A DNA stretch of 64,000 bases from Asterias rubens. Taxonomy: Eukaryota. Positions 60,951 to 64,000 of this stretch are shown one piece after another. The translations under genes were made by a program, and so were the position numbers. Every line of letters starts with the position of its first letter. Positions within the stretch are counted from its first letter, which is position 1. Location of the stretch: contig NC_047078.1 of assembly GCF_902459465.1 (NCBI RefSeq), positions 11,408,001 through 11,472,000 of the forward strand, in the 5' to 3' direction. The notes below the pieces were generated by a model that saw only the letters and a program-made list of their open reading frames with translations, did not search any database and was not told the origin of the DNA.

Positions 60951-63277
60951 AATGCTGGACTCTGATGCTGCATGCTGCTTAAGTACTGGGCGGCGGATTA
61001 GCTAGGTGATGCACGAAGGCGGGAAACACAGGCGGGAAGTTTTTTTTATTATTATTATTTTAAAGGGTTTTGAAGATCAAACTTAATAACCCTACGTATT
61101 CACTGTGAATGAAGATGTATGTATATATAGAAGCGTCTCTAGTCGTCAGGTTTTTTGAAGAAAAAAAATATTCGAGTCAGCATTAATTTCTTGTGACGTT
61201 GTTTTACTAATAAAAAAATAAATAAAAACAAATTCGGCCATCTTCAAACGGTGTACAATTACTTGAAAAAAACATGCTGCACATGCTTCCATATCTGTGT
61301 TATGATTGGTCGATGTTACGAGCAAATTCGTGCGGTTTGTCAGCTTGCACCTTCCGTCGTCTGCACGCAGCGATTGCATAATGTTGTGTCACATAGTATT
61401 TTTTTTTCTGCAAGTCTCCGTCGGAAATGGATGCGAGCTCAAATGTAACTTATCATGGAAACAATAAAGGTAGTATCTGACATTATTCAAGAGCCTTGAA
61501 GTGTAACGTCACATGTTCAGACTACTTCGGACCTAGACTGGTCATTTTGCATTATCCACAACAAGAAAGACAGGTACCTGCTTCCCATTACCAGTGATTT
61601 CATTGGGTGTGTAGTGACCTAAATCGTCAATACACCTTAGTGTTTTTTATTGTTGTTGCATTTGGCACGCCATACAGCTACATGTACTGAACTTTGACCT
61701 CACTGTGCAAAGAGTTACATGTACATGTACAGCTGACCACGTGTAGTTTTTGCTAGCACTGAGTTGCACATGTTTTACTATTTCTCCATTTTTCGCGTTC
61801 GTTCTACTCAGCAATTTCCAGCGTATGTACAGCAGTTTTGTTCGTCAGTTGTATGAGTCAATTCGTCTTCGTTTCTCCGTCAAACTGTTTAGTCATTGTG
61901 AACTTTGTGAACACTATTTCTGTATTCTGTGGATTGGAATTGGTGTTCATCGTACCGTGCTACGGTCGGCGTTTTAACCTGTAGTGTAGCACTCCAGTCT
62001 TCAGGACCTCGACTTTTCTCCGTCATGGTGTGCAGATATTAAGTGGTGAGTTTTATTAGACATCCTTCTAAAGTAGTTTTGACTGACTACTACAGATGCA
62101 ATGATGCCATGGATAAACGTGCAGTGGCATTCTGTTATACATAATGTTTTTCATGGGTCCGGGTGATGTGAGCGCAGCTGACAAACACCTCAGACCATAA
62201 CAACTCAGCTGACCATGCACTCTTTATGTACAGTACATGTACTTTGCATATAATGTCAGTATAGGAATCGGCTGTGAGTGAAAAAAATGTTGGTGAAAGG
62301 TAAGTATGGACGGGGATTATACTAGGCTAGAGGCCACTCTCTGGCGTAGATCACGATCCTCGAAGTGTGACGTCAAACGTTCAGACTACTTGGGACCTAG
62401 AATCAACCAATGGGGGGCTTTTGGGACGCCAGGTTGCTGCAGACTTACCAAGTAAATAGGTTGTTCGTTGTTGCGTGCGCAGTGGTGTGCGCAAGCTCAG
62501 AATAAGATCAACCACGGACATTTACCTGGGAAGTGTGCTGCCACCTAGCGTTTCAAAGTCTCAAAGTCTTTCCGTGGAGTACTACAATTATTGTTTAACT
62601 GGCAGCGAACTACTTGAAAATAAAAACACGTTGAGACATAAGAGTTCTCTTTGCTTTTAAAACTAATTTATTTCAAACCAATCAAAAATAACACAACATG
62701 TTTCATGTTAAATTCTGGTAATCTAGAAACTATACCTCTTTCAGTTGTACATTACTTAGTTAAAACATGCCATTATCTCATGTAATACAAGCATTAAACT
62801 GTTGATAGTTGAAGAACTGGTGCAGGACTCTTTCGTCGAGTTTTGATTGGACATAGTTTCTGATAAAATGCTTTCAAGTTCTCTGATTTTGTCCTGCGTC
62901 AGTTATTAAAGTTACGTACACATACAAGTTCCGAGACATGCAAATCTAAATGTTAACAAATTGATGTAGGCCTACATTTCGATGTCATTGAAAACTTAAG
63001 ATCGGACAAGTTAGATATCCATGCGCATGTCTGGATTTACTTTGTACTTGCAAATGTAATGCTATGGCACTTCGTAATGACGTCACAGTGACGTACTATC
63101 AATGAAAATAAGGTATGGTTTCTACCATTATAGTAACTTTTTGTTTACTGTGGTATAAATAAATTGTGTCTGTTAGGTGGATGGTTTTTAAGAGTTAAAC
63201 AAAAGTAAGGAAGCACACTTTAAAACGTCATTGGGGCGGGGTCAAGATGTGTGGAGTCAGATCGTTGTGAGAGTAGT

Positions 63278-63360
63278 TTAACTATCGTGACACACCAAGA
63301 AACGGTCCATGCCAAACTTTCTCTTGTCGCACACGCAGCTCTGGCCGAACTTTTCGCAAT
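63278..63360 (-). CDS. CrAMP-like copy C, last coding exon only: (x)CEKFGQSCVCDKRKFGMDRFLVCHDS*. Upstream exons lie beyond the window
   Basis: Acceptor TTTATTTTACAG at 63361, the same phase-1 start, the same C-x6-C-x-C-DKR...R-F-L-V-C pattern, and a TAA stop. No signal-peptide exon was found in 63361-64000. Confidence 0.8.
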
Positions 63361-64000
63361 CTGTAAAATAAACAAAATGAAAACAGTGAATACATGATAA
63401 TAGTATCAACAATAAAATCAGGATTTGAAACTTTGCATGGGGGAAATACCATTATAGTGAAGGTTTGCGATAACGCCATGTAGTCAAAATCTCCAGAAGA
63501 AGATCAGATCATACTGGTTAATGGTCGAGTTAAAACCAACGGTTCTTTTCAGAACCACCCCAACTCATTGAGAGATTTTCTTAACTTGGTGTTACCACAA
63601 ACCTTAACTATAACAATAACATCAACAACACCACAACATAACACCAAGAAAAATAGGTTATCTGATTGATAAACAGAATAATACCACATGTTGTTTTTCG
63701 TACAACCTAAATTGTTATTTTGTTTCCCCCAGTTTTTCATCTGAACTCTGCCGAACTTGTTTGACATTCGCATGTTTACGAGGTGCTGCCTTATCTGAGA
63801 GAGTCGTTTTTTTTTCAAGGTAGATCTCGAAGCCTTTTTCGGGAACATTTCTTGTTTTACTTCCAAAAACTACGCATATGCTTAGGAAATTATTCGTAAC
63901 TAAAGTAAAATAGTGAAAAACACAATGACTTTGCGAGAATAAGATATCCAGCTTTTTGTTGTTGTGAGAAGTTATAATTGGCAAGCTAACTCCGAAACAG

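Overview
AT-rich, intron-rich animal genomic DNA. It is most likely an echinoderm, probably a sea star; this is inferred from peptide homology and not proven. I could reconstruct every coding exon, with canonical splice sites and consistent phases, for three conserved genes: TMEM147 (minus strand, 564-6583, 231 aa), NFRKB/INO80G (plus, 7605-24796, about 1461 aa, head-to-head with TMEM147) and a divergent GABA-B-receptor-like class C GPCR (plus, 26948-46173, 797 aa). The last 17 kb holds a tandem minus-strand cluster of at least three small secreted prepropeptide genes that the ORF track only shows in part. Their layout is signal peptide, acidic pro-piece, KR site, Gly/Arg/Lys-rich arm, then a 4-Cys domain C-x6-C-x-C-D-K-R-x(9-11)-C. 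They resemble the sea-star cysteine-rich antimicrobial peptide PpCrAMP. The two complete genes have TATA promoters that share an 8-mer at the same spacing. Other notable items are a 1.65-kb telomere-like 36-mer array in an NFRKB intron bordered by a duplicated exon fragment, Penelope-type minimal hammerhead-like motifs, and many MITEs, SINEs and LINE tails. I found no CRISPR array, rRNA or intact tRNA gene. Comparisons with known proteins are from memory and by-eye alignment; no database search was run.
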